The position numbers were made by a program, and so were the translations under genes. From Longimicrobiales bacterium (lineage in GTDB: Bacteria; Gemmatimonadota; Gemmatimonadetes; Longimicrobiales; Gaopeijiaceae), in the NCBI GenBank assembly GCA_028822645.1, contig JAPKDG010000003.1:2842-66841 (forward strand): DNA of 64,000 nt, read 5' to 3'. The notes beneath the pieces are model-generated. The model had not been told where the DNA came from, did not search any database, and saw only the letters and a list, made by a program, of their open reading frames with translations. Positions 18,435 through 28,522 of this stretch are shown here, one piece after another (within the stretch, counting starts at the first letter, position 1; the number at the start of each line of letters is the position of its first letter).

Positions 18435-19358
18435 CTATTCCCTAGCGACCAAATTAGCGAAATCCGCTGCTAATGATTTAGAATAATATCCTTTGTCAAT
18501 CTTCCTTCCCAAGAGGCGAACCGCCTGCTCTCTGTCCGACGGGAAGGTCACCCCCAACCATTCTCCTTCCGTTTCCACAACATTTACTTCTACTAACCCA
18601 GTATTGATCTGAGCACCCATTGCATCTGGAAGAAAAAATTCCCTAGAAACGTCCCCTTGATTTTCCCTGAGAAATCCAGTGAACATGTCCTCCATATGGT
18701 CCAAACATCGCTTAGTAAGGCCCCAAAGATTCATGGAAACTGGGGATTCTTTAGGCAAATTGGCAACGTCCCCGTTGGGAGCCTTTCCTGTAATTCCAGA
18801 TCCTACTTGATGCACATCTCCGTATTCACTGATCTCGACTAGCAAGCCAGCCTCATCCAGGGCACACACACCTCTATTGACGCCCCCATACTCAGAGAGA
18901 GTCTGTTCTAACCTGTAGGTCACTAGTACAGGATTTTGAGGGCAGTTACACATACCCTCGAATAAGCCCCTGAAAGCTTCAGTACCATACAGATCGTCCG
19001 CATTTGCAATAGCAAAGGAACCTTCCATGTGAGGACTGGCACAGAGAACTGCGTGGCCAGTTCCCCAAGGACGATTTCTATCAGGACTCAAAGCTGAAGG
19101 TATAGGAATATTGTCCAGCACCTGACAGACATAGTCGACTGGAAAACTATTACCGATGATTGCAAAAATATGCTCTTTTATTTGCGTCTCAATTTCCGGG
19201 CGGGTAACTATGATGAACCTATCGAACCCAGCTCGAGCGGCGTCATACATGTTGTAGGCCATAATCGATTCGCCAGACGGACCCAATGGGTCCGTCTGCT
19301 TCAAATGTCCATATCGACTAGAAAGTCCAGCCGCCAGAATGACTAACGGGAAACTCAA
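18435..19358 (-). CDS. Sugar-phosphate nucleotidyltransferase family protein
   Basis: 307 aa. N-terminal ILAAGLSSRYG (G-rich NTP loop) and RPWGTGHAV. The TTG start overlaps the upstream stop (TTGA). Confidence 0.7.
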   Translation of the reverse strand: MSFPLVILAAGLSSRYGHLKQTDPLGPSGESIMAYNMYDAARAGFDRFIIVTRPEIETQIKEHIFAIIGNSFPVDYVCQVLDNIPIPSALSPDRNRPWGTGHAVLCASPHMEGSFAIANADDLYGTEAFRGLFEGMCNCPQNPVLVTYRLEQTLSEYGGVNRGVCALDEAGLLVEISEYGDVHQVGSGITGKAPNGDVANLPKESPVSMNLWGLTKRCLDHMEDMFTGFLRENQGDVSREFFLPDAMGAQINTGLVEVNVVETEGEWLGVTFPSDREQAVRLLGRKIDKGYYSKSLAADFANLVARE

Positions 19359-20197
19359 GACTCCAGATGTCTCCTAAAAAACTCTATGGTGAGTGGCCAC
19401 GCCTCTTCCGTTGCACGCATATTTGCCCCGTCTTGACCGCCTTGATTACGTAAAAAACCATGGCCCGCACCTGCTAGAATGTTCGGAGAAAAAGGCTTGT
19501 TCAGCTTGGACATGGCCACTTCGGCGCGATCAATCGTAGAATTCACCCTCTCATCATTGCCCCCGTATAGGCCTAGAATTGGAGCGCCTATCGATTCAAA
19601 ACCCGCTTCGGGGGAAGACCCATAATAAACTACAGCCGCGTCCAGTTCCGAGTCGTCCACAGCAAACAAAAAACTTGAACTGCCTCCCCAACAGTAACCG
19701 ACCACACCGACTCGATCTGTAGCACTAGGCAACCCAGTACCGAAGTTAGCTGCCGCCTTTAACCGTCTATTGACGTCCATTCTATCCAACGTGCGTATGG
19801 TAGCTACCACCTCTTGACGATCCATTGAATCGGACCCACCACCGTTCGGGCCGTGTCCGTCAAGAAGGTCAGGTGCCACGGCTATAAATCCATCTCTTGA
19901 AAGCTGGTCGGCCACACCTCTTATCCAATCGGTCAAACCGTAAATTTCGTGTATTACGACTACCACTGGAGCAGGGCCACTCCTCTCCGGGTAGGTCACC
20001 CAAGCCCGCACCATGTCACCATCTCCAGCATCGTAAGTGACCCACTCTCCATGACGCGGAGAGCTATCAAGCCTAGCCACAGCTCCTTCTTCATCAGCTG
20101 GAATCATCTGGGAGTTCAGTGTTGTTGTTTCAAGCCCTACGGTCAAAGCTAGTAGCCACATAATGACTCTAGGGATAGTTTCGACTCTTCTTTTCAT
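19355..20197 (-). CDS. Dienelactone hydrolase family protein, exported
   Basis: 280 aa. VVVIHEIYGLTDWIR and GYCWGG (nucleophile elbow with Cys) are typical of DLH. Confidence 0.8.
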   Translation of the reverse strand: MKRRVETIPRVIMWLLALTVGLETTTLNSQMIPADEEGAVARLDSSPRHGEWVTYDAGDGDMVRAWVTYPERSGPAPVVVVIHEIYGLTDWIRGVADQLSRDGFIAVAPDLLDGHGPNGGGSDSMDRQEVVATIRTLDRMDVNRRLKAAANFGTGLPSATDRVGVVGYCWGGSSSFLFAVDDSELDAAVVYYGSSPEAGFESIGAPILGLYGGNDERVNSTIDRAEVAMSKLNKPFSPNILAGAGHGFLRNQGGQDGANMRATEEAWPLTIEFFRRHLES

Positions 20198-20253
20198 AGG
20201 TAATCTCCTGCATCTCTTGATTTTTTATGATAAAATTTAGTTCGAAAGAATTT

Positions 20254-20970
20254 TCAGCCTCTACTCGGCGGTTCTCTCATCGATAGACCTGGGGACCCAA
20301 AGGTGATCTCGGAAACAGCCTTTATGCTCCGCGCACCATACCTAAATGGAATTACCAAACGCAGAGGAGCGCCATTGATAGGAGGAATCGCCTCATCATT
20401 CATTAACCAGACCAGCATCACCTGGGGATCCATCATGGTAGATATGTCTTCATCTATCCAGTAACCGTCGTGAGAAATAACTCTGCAATAATGGGCTGGA
20501 GATTGTATTTCGATCATTTCAGCAAAGTCGCTGAAGCGCACACCTGTCCACTTCACAATACCAGTGGGCTGAGGAGCCCCGCACTGAAGCAGGGTAGTAT
20601 ATGACCTTCGGGGAAGGCCTTCCAGATCACTAAAGCGCAAGGTCCCACCCAATCTTGCCAGCCCCCTCGAGTCTAACCTGATAGCCATTTTACGATAATC
20701 GTACTCAATCTCTGGGGGCTTTCCCTGAGTATAACGCCAGATGGTACCAGTTATTTCATCAGCTGCTTCAGGAGGATATTCCGGGGCGGACCCATCAGGG
20801 TTGAGAGGCAAATCGGCCCGCTGCCGAAGATCTCCCTCTACCAAATGATCAGGCCACTCTTGCTGACGTACTGTTTGAGCCACGATATCATTGGGTCTGG
20901 ACACTCCCATAGACAAACCTGCAACAGCGGTTCCAGAAACTCGGATTGCCTCACGACGGGAAAGCTTCAT
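20254..20970 (-). CDS. Molybdopterin-binding oxidoreductase domain protein (sulfite-oxidase/YedY-like), Tat-exported
   Basis: The ORF is open to 21003. I prefer the ATG at 20970 (GGAGG 8 nt upstream). Twin-arginine signal SRREAIRVSGTAVAGL. Motifs LLQCG...VKWTGVRFSDF and NGAPLRLVIPFRYGARSIK. Confidence 0.75.
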   Translation of the reverse strand: MKLSRREAIRVSGTAVAGLSMGVSRPNDIVAQTVRQQEWPDHLVEGDLRQRADLPLNPDGSAPEYPPEAADEITGTIWRYTQGKPPEIEYDYRKMAIRLDSRGLARLGGTLRFSDLEGLPRRSYTTLLQCGAPQPTGIVKWTGVRFSDFAEMIEIQSPAHYCRVISHDGYWIDEDISTMMDPQVMLVWLMNDEAIPPINGAPLRLVIPFRYGARSIKAVSEITFGSPGLSMREPPSRG

Positions 20971-21251
20971 TTCAGAACCTCCTCTGGGGTAGAAAATTGG
21001 CAATGGATGTTAAGAATACCTCTCAAGCCCAACCTTCACCATAGGGAAGTTAGATCAATAATTAGGATCAAAACTTAAAGATTGGCCTCTGAAAGCAACT
21101 ACTGGTTATTTTGGTTGTCAAAGTTCAATGTTCATGAGCCACACAAATTTTGTAAATTCAAGTAGGCTGTCCCCTGTACTCGAAAATCACGACTGACACT
21201 GTACTTCGGAAACATTTACTAAAAACCTTCTGATATAATTAAGGATGTCTA

Positions 21252-22448
21252 ATGAAAAAAGAATGCTCTGGGAAAAGATTCGGGACGAAAGCGATCTGGG
21301 CGGGAACCCACCACATCGAAGGGTCAGTAGTGACCCCTATTTTCAATAGCTCAACCTATGAGCTGACCGATGACATCTACCAAGGCTGGAAGGAAGGAGC
21401 TCAACACACACTCCTCTATAGCCGTATATCTAGTGTCAATTCTGAAGCCGTGTCATCAAAGGTCGCAATACTCGAAGCCGCGGAAGACGGAGAGATGTTT
21501 GATAGTGGCATGTCGGCCATCTCTACAACACTCCTTGCCCTGCTCTCAAATGGAGACCACATGGTTGGGAGCGCTGACATGTACGGTGGAGCTTATGGCT
21601 TAATTACGGAAGAATTTCCTCGGTTTGGTATAGAAGCGACCATGGCCGACATTCGAGATCCAGCCTCCTATGAAGCTGCAATTAAAAATAATACGAAGCT
21701 CCTATACGTAGAGACCATAACCAACCCGGTTCTCAAGGTATGTGACCTAGAAGCCATGGCAGCGATCGCTAAGAAGCACAACCTGATTGCAATCTGTGAT
21801 AATACATTCGCTAGCCCCTGGGCTTGCAATCCTATTGCGATGGGATTCGATCTAGTGATACACTCCGCTTCAAAATATCTGGGAGGACACTCTGATTTAA
21901 TCGGTGGTTTGGTAGTCGGAAACAAACAACTAATCTCCGATATTTTCAGTAAGAAAATCACCATGGGAGGCGCTGCTGATCCTCACATGTGCTACTTGCT
22001 GGAGAGAGGCATCAGGACCCTACATGTTCGGATGCCCACCCATGCACAAAATGCTGCCGAACTTGCCCGAAGACTTGACGTTCATCCTATGATCGAGAGC
22101 GTTAACCATTGTTCACTGCCTGACTATCCAGACTATGAAGTAGCTCAACGTATAATACCCAAAGGAAGTGGCATGCTTTCCTACGTAGTCAAAGGTGGCA
22201 ACGAAGCAGCACTGCACTACCTGCGCCGCCTTGAATTCGTATTCGAAGCTACAAGCCTAGGTGGAGTGGAAAGTCTGGCCGAGTGCCCCTTCAACACAAG
22301 TCATATGTTTATGCCAGAAGAGGTTCGGACTGAGCTGGGTATTGTCCCTGGTTTTGTTCGAATGAGTGTGGGTATTGAAGATGTTGAAGACCTATGGGAG
22401 GATATGGATCAGGCCCTAAAGGCTACAAAAACATTTATCAATTCTTAA
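21252..22448 (+). CDS. PLP-dependent Cys/Met-metabolism enzyme (cystathionine gamma-synthase/beta-lyase/methionine gamma-lyase family)
   Basis: 398 aa. The [12 protein letters not shown] lysine motif and overall pattern fit the trans-sulfuration family. Confidence 0.85.
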   Translation: MKKECSGKRFGTKAIWAGTHHIEGSVVTPIFNSSTYELTDDIYQGWKEGAQHTLLYSRISSVNSEAVSSKVAILEAAEDGEMFDSGMSAISTTLLALLSNGDHMVGSADMYGGAYGLITEEFPRFGIEATMADIRDPASYEAAIKNNTKLLYVETITNPVLKVCDLEAMAAIAKKHNLIAICDNTFASPWACNPIAMGFDLVIHSASKYLGGHSDLIGGLVVGNKQLISDIFSKKITMGGAADPHMCYLLERGIRTLHVRMPTHAQNAAELARRLDVHPMIESVNHCSLPDYPDYEVAQRIIPKGSGMLSYVVKGGNEAALHYLRRLEFVFEATSLGGVESLAECPFNTSHMFMPEEVRTELGIVPGFVRMSVGIEDVEDLWEDMDQALKATKTFINS

Positions 22449-22733
22449 ATTCTATCCGAAACTGCTCACATTAAGTCCTGACGCGCCAACACTAGTATTT
22501 TCTTTGGCGGATCTTTATTCATTATTTATGAATAAAGATTCCAACTGTCAGTCAGAGATCGACCTGGAACACATCACTTCAGAAGATTTCGCTCAAAAAA
22601 GACAGCGAGTCGTGCTGGAGATAGGTATTTCTACTTCAAAACTGCATGCCTTCGGACCGATGGGAGCTAAGGACCTCACTACTCGTAAATTTGTCGTCCA
22701 CGGAAAAAACCACATTCGTGTCTGAGTAGGTAT

Positions 22734-23594
22734 CTAATCCCGCAAGAACCCTGAAAGGCCGATCGTGAATCCCAAATCAGATGCATTTTCAGTGATTCCT
22801 AGCGCAAAGGCTGCATCCAACTGCCAACTTGGATTAAGCAGGTAGGTGCCACCCGCCTGGATGAAACCCAAGCTACCACCGTTTTGGACAGACTGAATCC
22901 GTTCAAAAGCAATCTCGGTGAAGGCTCTCAAATCCGGTATAAGTATCCCCTTACTAATTACGAACCCAAAGATTCCAGAGTAGAACGAGTCATCCCGTTC
23001 ATTCCTGTCGAGCATCACTCCCGGCATGACTCCCACACCCCAATCTTTATCAGTGGAGGTTGGATCTTCCCAAGGCATACGGACATTCCATTCCGCTGAA
23101 ATACGTAACGAAGGCCTGACTCCAGACCCTTTGAATTCTTGTGATCCCGTCGGAAACTCGGCATGTACCAATGCTGCCATCGCAGGCTGTCCAATATCTT
23201 CGTCACCCGCTGAAAACGCCCACTTAATACCGATAGACATATCCGAGAAACCGCCCACTGAACCGGAACGGTCCTGCAATCCATTTGTCGTGCTTCTAGT
23301 GTACCAATCCGACTCCAACCTTGCCTCGACATCAGGAAATATTCCTAACCGAAACAGAAACGGAGTACTCATATTTTCTATATTTCCTGGCTTAAGGCTT
23401 GTTCGGTCCGTAGCAAAAGAGCCTTCTACTTGCAGCATACCTGGGTTGACGACAGAACTCGACTCTACGAAGTCTGGACGATCAGTAACCAGGGACTCTT
23501 GAGCAACTGAGATCACAGGAAAAAGTGAAAAAACAGTGAGGATGGAGGGTAAGATATACTTCATGGTAATTTTGTTGACGTCGGTCTTTTCCAA
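22734..23594 (-). CDS. Outer-membrane beta-barrel 'transporter' (MetA-pathway/phenol-degradation-like family)
   Basis: 286 aa with a signal peptide ending VAQ. N-terminal SLVTDRPDFVESSSVVNPGMLQVEGSF. Alternating beta-strand pattern and an aromatic-rich C-terminus. Confidence 0.6.
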   Translation of the reverse strand: MEKTDVNKITMKYILPSILTVFSLFPVISVAQESLVTDRPDFVESSSVVNPGMLQVEGSFATDRTSLKPGNIENMSTPFLFRLGIFPDVEARLESDWYTRSTTNGLQDRSGSVGGFSDMSIGIKWAFSAGDEDIGQPAMAALVHAEFPTGSQEFKGSGVRPSLRISAEWNVRMPWEDPTSTDKDWGVGVMPGVMLDRNERDDSFYSGIFGFVISKGILIPDLRAFTEIAFERIQSVQNGGSLGFIQAGGTYLLNPSWQLDAAFALGITENASDLGFTIGLSGFLRD

Positions 23595-23697
23595 GCGAGA
23601 TATCGTAGTGAATTAGGCTAGGCTTATTTATACTTTAGTCTCGCCTATAATCCATGGACGGTCAAGTCCCCCATCCCAAGAGATAGACACATAACAA

Positions 23698-23756
23698 AAG
23701 GCTCGAAACTCTCTCCAGAGAGGCATTTGACCTCTCCGAAAAAAATCTCGAGCCTT
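23698..23756 (-). terminator. Candidate intrinsic terminator (nested hairpin) after the 23818..24147 gene
   Basis: Outer 9-bp perfect stem AAGGCTCGA/TCGAGCCTT encloses a GAGAGG/CCTCTC helix. On the minus-strand transcript it is followed by UUUGUUAU. Confidence 0.35.
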
Positions 23757-23817
23757 CTATATAAACCTTGAATCTGTCGGTTGTACTGCGACAAATAATC
23801 CTAAGTCAGGTACCCCT

Positions 23818-24147
23818 TTATCCCCCCATCAATCTGTTCTTGATGTTCATCACAACAATCATCACTGCTCCAGCAGCGGTAACCGTCGCGAGGCCGCTAT
23901 TCACGCCTGTGACTAGAGGACCGAGGACTGGGATAGCGTCGAAAGCATTACCCATAGTGTTAAGTACAATGGCTGTAAGAAAGAGCCGAGTCTGATCGTT
24001 CGGACCAGCGTTGAAACCACCTACCATACCCACCAGAACTAAAACAAGTCCAGTATAAGCAAACGCATCTGTAACACCCAAATGTGCCAGAAGTGACAGA
24101 ACAACTGCAGCGGCTACGACATTCCTGTTGGATAACAAGGAACCCAT
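23818..24147 (-). CDS. Small Gly/Ala/Val-rich membrane protein, unknown function
   Basis: 109 aa with about 3 hydrophobic segments. I recognise no family. Confidence 0.4.
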   Translation of the reverse strand: MGSLLSNRNVVAAAVVLSLLAHLGVTDAFAYTGLVLVLVGMVGGFNAGPNDQTRLFLTAIVLNTMGNAFDAIPVLGPLVTGVNSGLATVTAAGAVMIVVMNIKNRLMGG

Positions 24148-24293
24148 AAAATACCTCCAAGCTAAAGAAACTTAGGATGTACCAACCCAAGAAATAAGGG
24201 ATGTTTTATCAAAATGCGCAACATATAGTAGGCACCCAACAACATGGTATTGACTAAAAAGTCAATGTTTTAAATAGGTTTCCTACCATCAGA

Positions 24294-25961
24294 TCAATTC
24301 ATTCCCGGAGGTGAAATTCGTCTTTTTGTTGCCTGTTCAAAAGCAAATGCCAGCTCAATGAGACGAGGCTCTGAGCAGGCCGAACCCGTAAAACTGACTC
24401 CGAATGGCCGTGGTTTAGGCTCGAAACCCTCTGGAAAATCAGGACCAGAACTATCCATGACAAAAGCAAACGGAACAATCACCGTTGGATATCCAGGCTT
24501 CGCTGCAATACCAGCTCCACTGGAGGATGGAAAAAGGAGCGCGTCCAGTTGATTTTCTTCCATAGCCTGGTCAATTCCTCTAGCAGCATTTAGTTCGAGA
24601 TCCCTAGCTCTATCAGCTTCATAGGTCGCTCTATCACCTTCGAGATTAATTTCATCCGATCCATCCAACCGTGCCTGATCATATTTGATAGCCCCTGAAG
24701 CTCTATGATCGAGGTTCCACTCCCGAAGTTCTGTGAGAGTCTTCACTGGAGCAGACTCTCCTAAACTAGCCAGCCACAAATTGAAATCTCGCTTCATTCC
24801 GTAGTCCAGAACACTGCTTCCTCCGTTAGTTAGCAGACTAGTCTCTGGATCTGGATCTACCACACTCGGAATATCAGCGGGATCGACGATTATGGCGCCC
24901 TGATCTCGAAGAATCTGAATGGCTTCAGCCATGACAGCTCTTCCTTCTTCACTCATTCGATTTTGATAGCGGTCAGTCCCTGGTACCAATATAGAATCGT
25001 AATAAGACGCCCTCGGAATACCGATCCGAGCTCCTTGGAGTCCCTCGAGATTGAGAAAGGCAGTGTAGTCTCTGTTTGGAGGTGCCTCACAGCGATTCGT
25101 GGCGGGATCGTTAGGGTCTGGAGCAGCACCTTCAAGAGCTCCAAAGAAAATTGCTGCATCCGTAACCGTCCGAGCCATTGGACCTGCAGTATCCTGATCG
25201 GCAGTAATCGGAATGATCCCGTAACGACTGATTCTTCCAACAGTGGGTTTGATACCCGCCAACATGTTCGAGTTCGCAGGTGACAGAATCGATCCTGATG
25301 TCTCAGTACCAACGTTCGCCGCCCAGAAACTCATGGCCGTACCGATCCCCGAACTAGAACCGCCGACTCCCATAACTGGACGACCGTCGTTCCTTCCATC
25401 CCTTGGATCTCGACGGGGGTCATATGGATTTAGCCCATAGCCACCGACTGCGCTATAATTTCCAGGCATTCCCGCGGCGGCGAAATTAGCTAGTTCGGTC
25501 ATGACTGTCTTGGCTAGGATAATCGCTCCGGCCTCCCTCAAGTTCTCTGTCAGAGTTGCCTCGTAAGGAGGAATAAAGCCCCTAAAAGCCATGGCCCCTC
25601 CCGTGGTTGGGACATCCATGGTATGAACATTGTCCTTCAACGCGATCGGGATGCCATGAAGTGGACCGCGTACATTGCCTTCAGCTCTCTCTCGGTCCAG
25701 ACGATCAGCATCCTGAAGCGCATTAGGGTTAATAGCAATCACAGCATTCACCACTTCCTCGTACATGGCAATCCGAACCAAATGAGCTTCGACCAACTCA
25801 CGAGATGTAAGGCTACCGTTTTCCATTGCACGTTGCATTTCAGGAATGGTCGCTTCAACGACATCGAATCGTGAAGAGCCTTCCTCTCCAGCTGTACAGC
25901 CTAGGATGGAAGTAACTATACATAAACAGAGAGCTAGAACATGACGGTATGCAGTGAACAT
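24294..25961 (-). CDS. Amidase-signature (AS) family amidase, lipoprotein
   Basis: 555 aa. Lipobox ILGC. GGSSSGIGTAMS AS-signature. Upstream catalytic-Lys region IALKDN. Confidence 0.9.
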   Translation of the reverse strand: MFTAYRHVLALCLCIVTSILGCTAGEEGSSRFDVVEATIPEMQRAMENGSLTSRELVEAHLVRIAMYEEVVNAVIAINPNALQDADRLDRERAEGNVRGPLHGIPIALKDNVHTMDVPTTGGAMAFRGFIPPYEATLTENLREAGAIILAKTVMTELANFAAAGMPGNYSAVGGYGLNPYDPRRDPRDGRNDGRPVMGVGGSSSGIGTAMSFWAANVGTETSGSILSPANSNMLAGIKPTVGRISRYGIIPITADQDTAGPMARTVTDAAIFFGALEGAAPDPNDPATNRCEAPPNRDYTAFLNLEGLQGARIGIPRASYYDSILVPGTDRYQNRMSEEGRAVMAEAIQILRDQGAIIVDPADIPSVVDPDPETSLLTNGGSSVLDYGMKRDFNLWLASLGESAPVKTLTELREWNLDHRASGAIKYDQARLDGSDEINLEGDRATYEADRARDLELNAARGIDQAMEENQLDALLFPSSSGAGIAAKPGYPTVIVPFAFVMDSSGPDFPEGFEPKPRPFGVSFTGSACSEPRLIELAFAFEQATKRRISPPGMN

Positions 25962-26365
25962 CAGGAGACCTTCCTTTCAGTACCGAGATCTGGTGACCCT
26001 CTTGGTCAACCAGCTAGAAAGTCAACATAAGCCAGCCCTCTGTTCAGGGCCACTTTAACCTAAGGGAATTTTTTCTTTCAGAATCAGGTTTCGACTCAAA
26101 TATCACCGCTGTCTTTATAATTCAATCTTGATTTGAGATGTCAATTATTATCGACATCAGATCGTTCTGCTAAAACTCTAATTAATCCTATTAAGATTAC
26201 CTAGGATAGGAGGTATTTTTACTGATCTGCCATACGTGATATGCTATGAATATGAGTAGAATATTAGTGAACTCCACAGCCCTTCTCCTTTTTCGATCCT
26301 TTTGACGCAAAATATTCCGATCAATCAAGGTAGTAGGTCATGGCATGACCTACCCTTTTCAAGCT

Positions 26366-27799
26366 TCAAGATTTTTTCAGAGTTGTCGCATCTTTCGCGA
26401 TAGCCTTAACTAGATCACTGAAAATTCTACTGTGTAAAGGATAGATCCCATACCAATAAAGCCAGCCAAAAAATCCAGTAGGAGCAAAAAAAGCAGTTTG
26501 AATTAGTCGGGTCTGTTTCCCTTCTGGAACAGCTTCAAACTGAAGCCACGCTTTGCCCGGAACCTTCAGCTCTGCCCGCAGTCTCAAAAGCGAAGGTTCT
26601 CTATACTCTTCTACTCTCCAGAAATCTAGAGCTTCTCCGGGGAACAGATGCACTGGATCCCTTCGACCACGCCTGAGTCCCGGCCCCCCTAAAAACTGGT
26701 CGATCAATCCTCTCAGCCTCCAGGCCCACTCCCAAACAAGCCAACCTTTTGCCCCTCCCAAACTAGAAAAAGCCAAGAAAACTTCCTCTGGATCAGCTTC
26801 TATTAATCTAGTTCTGACTTCTCGCACCAACCCTTCTCGATCCTCGAGTCGGACTGATTTTACAACGCTTCCAGCCGCTACGCTCCATCTGGTTTCTATT
26901 TCTCCTGCATCCGTCAACGCCAACGCTCTTGAAACTGATTCTCTGTAAGACAACGGAGTGATCTTTGGAAAAAGAGAACAAGCTTTATCCGTATTTCCAA
27001 CCACAGACTGCACTATACCTTCGATTAGTGGAACGGCCAACCGATTGGGAATAGGCGTCACTAACCCAACCCATAAAGCCGCTAACCTGGGGGCCAACAC
27101 TGGAACTGGAACGATAATTCTCGGCAGGCCTCTCACTTCTGCATATTGACGCATCATTTGAATGAAAGTCAGCGGTTCAGTTCCAATATCTACGACTCCC
27201 AGGGGTTTAGAGAAATCCAACGCGGCCAGCAGGTAACCAAGAGCATCTCTGATTGAAATTGGACGCACTTCATTAAGAATCCATTTTGGTGCCACCATCA
27301 TCGGAAGTCTTTCTGTTAAGTATCGAACCATCTCGAAAGATGCAGATCCTCCTCCAATGACCGGTCCTGCACGAAATTCAGTGGTCGGACAGTTGTTACG
27401 AAGAATCTCTCCTGTCTCCGCTCTACTGCGAAGATGTTCCGATTGGACTTCATCAGATAGAGACTCTGGCAATATTCCACCTAGATAAACTACATGCTTC
27501 AGTTTACTGGCGTGCTCTACAAAGTTATGAGCTGCCCGCCTATCCTTCGCGGCAAAACCCTCATCCGAATACATCGAATGAACTAAATAGTAAGCCACAT
27601 CGATATCGTCTAAAAATCCTTCAAGTGATTCTTCTACCAGTAAATCGGCCTCGATAAGTTTTACTGAAGACAACCACGGACGTCCGGACGCTCGATCTGC
27701 ATCCCGCACCAAAACGGTGACTTCATGATCCTTGTGCAATAATTGCTCAACTAAGCGTCCTCCTACATAACCGGTTGCCCCGGTGACTAAAACTCTCAT
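26366..27799 (-). CDS. SDR-family NAD(P)-binding protein with a C-terminal DUF2867-like domain
   Basis: 477 aa. MRVLVTGATGYVGGRL Rossmann motif. C-terminal FWRVEE...KAWLQFE...FFGWLYWYGIYPLH pattern. Confidence 0.8.
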   Translation of the reverse strand: MRVLVTGATGYVGGRLVEQLLHKDHEVTVLVRDADRASGRPWLSSVKLIEADLLVEESLEGFLDDIDVAYYLVHSMYSDEGFAAKDRRAAHNFVEHASKLKHVVYLGGILPESLSDEVQSEHLRSRAETGEILRNNCPTTEFRAGPVIGGGSASFEMVRYLTERLPMMVAPKWILNEVRPISIRDALGYLLAALDFSKPLGVVDIGTEPLTFIQMMRQYAEVRGLPRIIVPVPVLAPRLAALWVGLVTPIPNRLAVPLIEGIVQSVVGNTDKACSLFPKITPLSYRESVSRALALTDAGEIETRWSVAAGSVVKSVRLEDREGLVREVRTRLIEADPEEVFLAFSSLGGAKGWLVWEWAWRLRGLIDQFLGGPGLRRGRRDPVHLFPGEALDFWRVEEYREPSLLRLRAELKVPGKAWLQFEAVPEGKQTRLIQTAFFAPTGFFGWLYWYGIYPLHSRIFSDLVKAIAKDATTLKKS

Positions 27800-27891
27800 T
27801 GTTGTTTCCGACTAAAGGGAAAAATACATCAAGGAAACTGGCAAGAAGACTTCACCAGCCTTCTTGCCAGCCCTGCGTGTAGACTTATTGA

Positions 27892-28389
27892 CTAGTGAAG
27901 TGCAGGTGGCAACATCACATTGTCTATTACATGAATCACCCCGTTAGAAGCAACGATATCTGCTGTGATTACCTTGGCCCCCGCAGCATAAACTTGGCCT
28001 GACTCTACTTTGACCTCTGCCTTAAAGCCGCTAACGGTCCCAACTTCAGTCATCTTCATGACCACCTCTGACATCACCGCACCTTCCACTACATGGAAAG
28101 TCAGAACTTCTGTCAGAGCTTGCTTGTCGGCCAACAAAGTTTCAAGGATTCCATCTGGTAATTTATCGAACGCTGCATCGGTTGGAGCGAAAACAGTGAA
28201 CGGTCCCTTGCCTTTGAGTACGTCTACTAGTCCAGCTACCTCTAATGCCACCGCCAAGGTACTAAAAGACCCGGCTTCAACGGCTGTGTCAACAATATCT
28301 TTTTCCGTCATCTGAGCATCACTCGATGCTGGCAACAAAATCGATACAGCGACTAATGCCACTGCCAAAAATTTGTCCTTCATTTTCAA
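27892..28389 (-). CDS. Fasciclin (FAS1) domain protein, exported
   Basis: 165 aa with a signal peptide. FTVFAPTDAAFDKLP and NGVIHVIDNVMLP FAS1 motifs. Confidence 0.9.
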   Translation of the reverse strand: MKMKDKFLAVALVAVSILLPASSDAQMTEKDIVDTAVEAGSFSTLAVALEVAGLVDVLKGKGPFTVFAPTDAAFDKLPDGILETLLADKQALTEVLTFHVVEGAVMSEVVMKMTEVGTVSGFKAEVKVESGQVYAAGAKVITADIVASNGVIHVIDNVMLPPALH

Positions 28390-28415
28390 TTCTCCTGAGA
28401 TTGATTAGTACACAA

Positions 28416-28437
28416 ATGTCTAACAATTGTCTAACTA
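28416..28437 (-). promoter_or_regulatory. Two tandem 11-bp direct repeats (candidate CarH operator) facing the fasciclin gene
   Basis: TGTCTAAC occurs at 28417 and 28428, exactly 11 bp apart. Read on the minus strand, TAGTTAGACAA and TTGTTAGACAT fit the nAnnTnnACAn half-site pattern as I recall it for Thermus CarH. Confidence 0.45.
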
Positions 28438-28479
28438 TATTAGCTATTGTTTAACGTTTGTCAAGGCTTACATGAATTT

Positions 28480-28501
28480 ACATTTGACATTAGTTAGACA
28501 T
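28480..28501 (+). promoter_or_regulatory. Two tandem 11-bp direct repeats (candidate CarH operator) facing the regulator gene
   Basis: ACATTTGACAT then TAGTTAGACAT, ending 21 nt upstream of the preferred ATG at 28523. This is an inverted copy of the 8-mer seen at 28417/28428. Confidence 0.4.
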
Positions 28502-28522
28502 CTCTATATCCTGGTACCCATT

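Noticed and set aside
22504-22725. 73-aa ORF with a TTG start between the PLP enzyme and the outer-membrane barrel gene
   Set aside because: It has no SD, no recognisable motif and a non-ATG start. It could be a real small protein, but I cannot support it. A weak CGCCAA/TTGGCG hairpin at 22484..22509 overlaps its start.
23026-23502. 158-aa plus-strand ORF (and the 105-aa minus-strand ORF at 23015..23332) inside the outer-membrane barrel gene
   Set aside because: These are shadow frames of a well-supported 286-aa beta-barrel gene. They have no motifs and Ser/Pro/Arg-biased composition.
24249-24266. Hairpin ATTGACT-aaaa-AGTCAAT downstream of the amidase gene
   Set aside because: The 7-bp AT-rich stem has no following U-run on the minus strand, so it is too weak to call a terminator.
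26333-26353. Palindrome GTAGGTCATGGCATGACCTAC just downstream of the SDR gene stop
   Set aside because: I considered it as a terminator, but the loop is essentially absent and there is no U-tract on the relevant strand. I keep it only as a possible protein-binding palindrome, with too little support to report.
25962-26365. 404-bp gap without ORFs of 60 aa or more, upstream of the amidase gene; considered for an sRNA or leader
   Set aside because: I saw only short imperfect inverted repeats (GATGTC..GACATC, TCCTAT..ATAGGA) and no recognisable riboswitch or sRNA signature.
28427-28522. N-terminal extension of the MerR/B12 regulator
   Set aside because: It covers the AT-rich divergent promoter and the repeat operators. 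The MerR HTH begins right after the ATG at 28523/28535.
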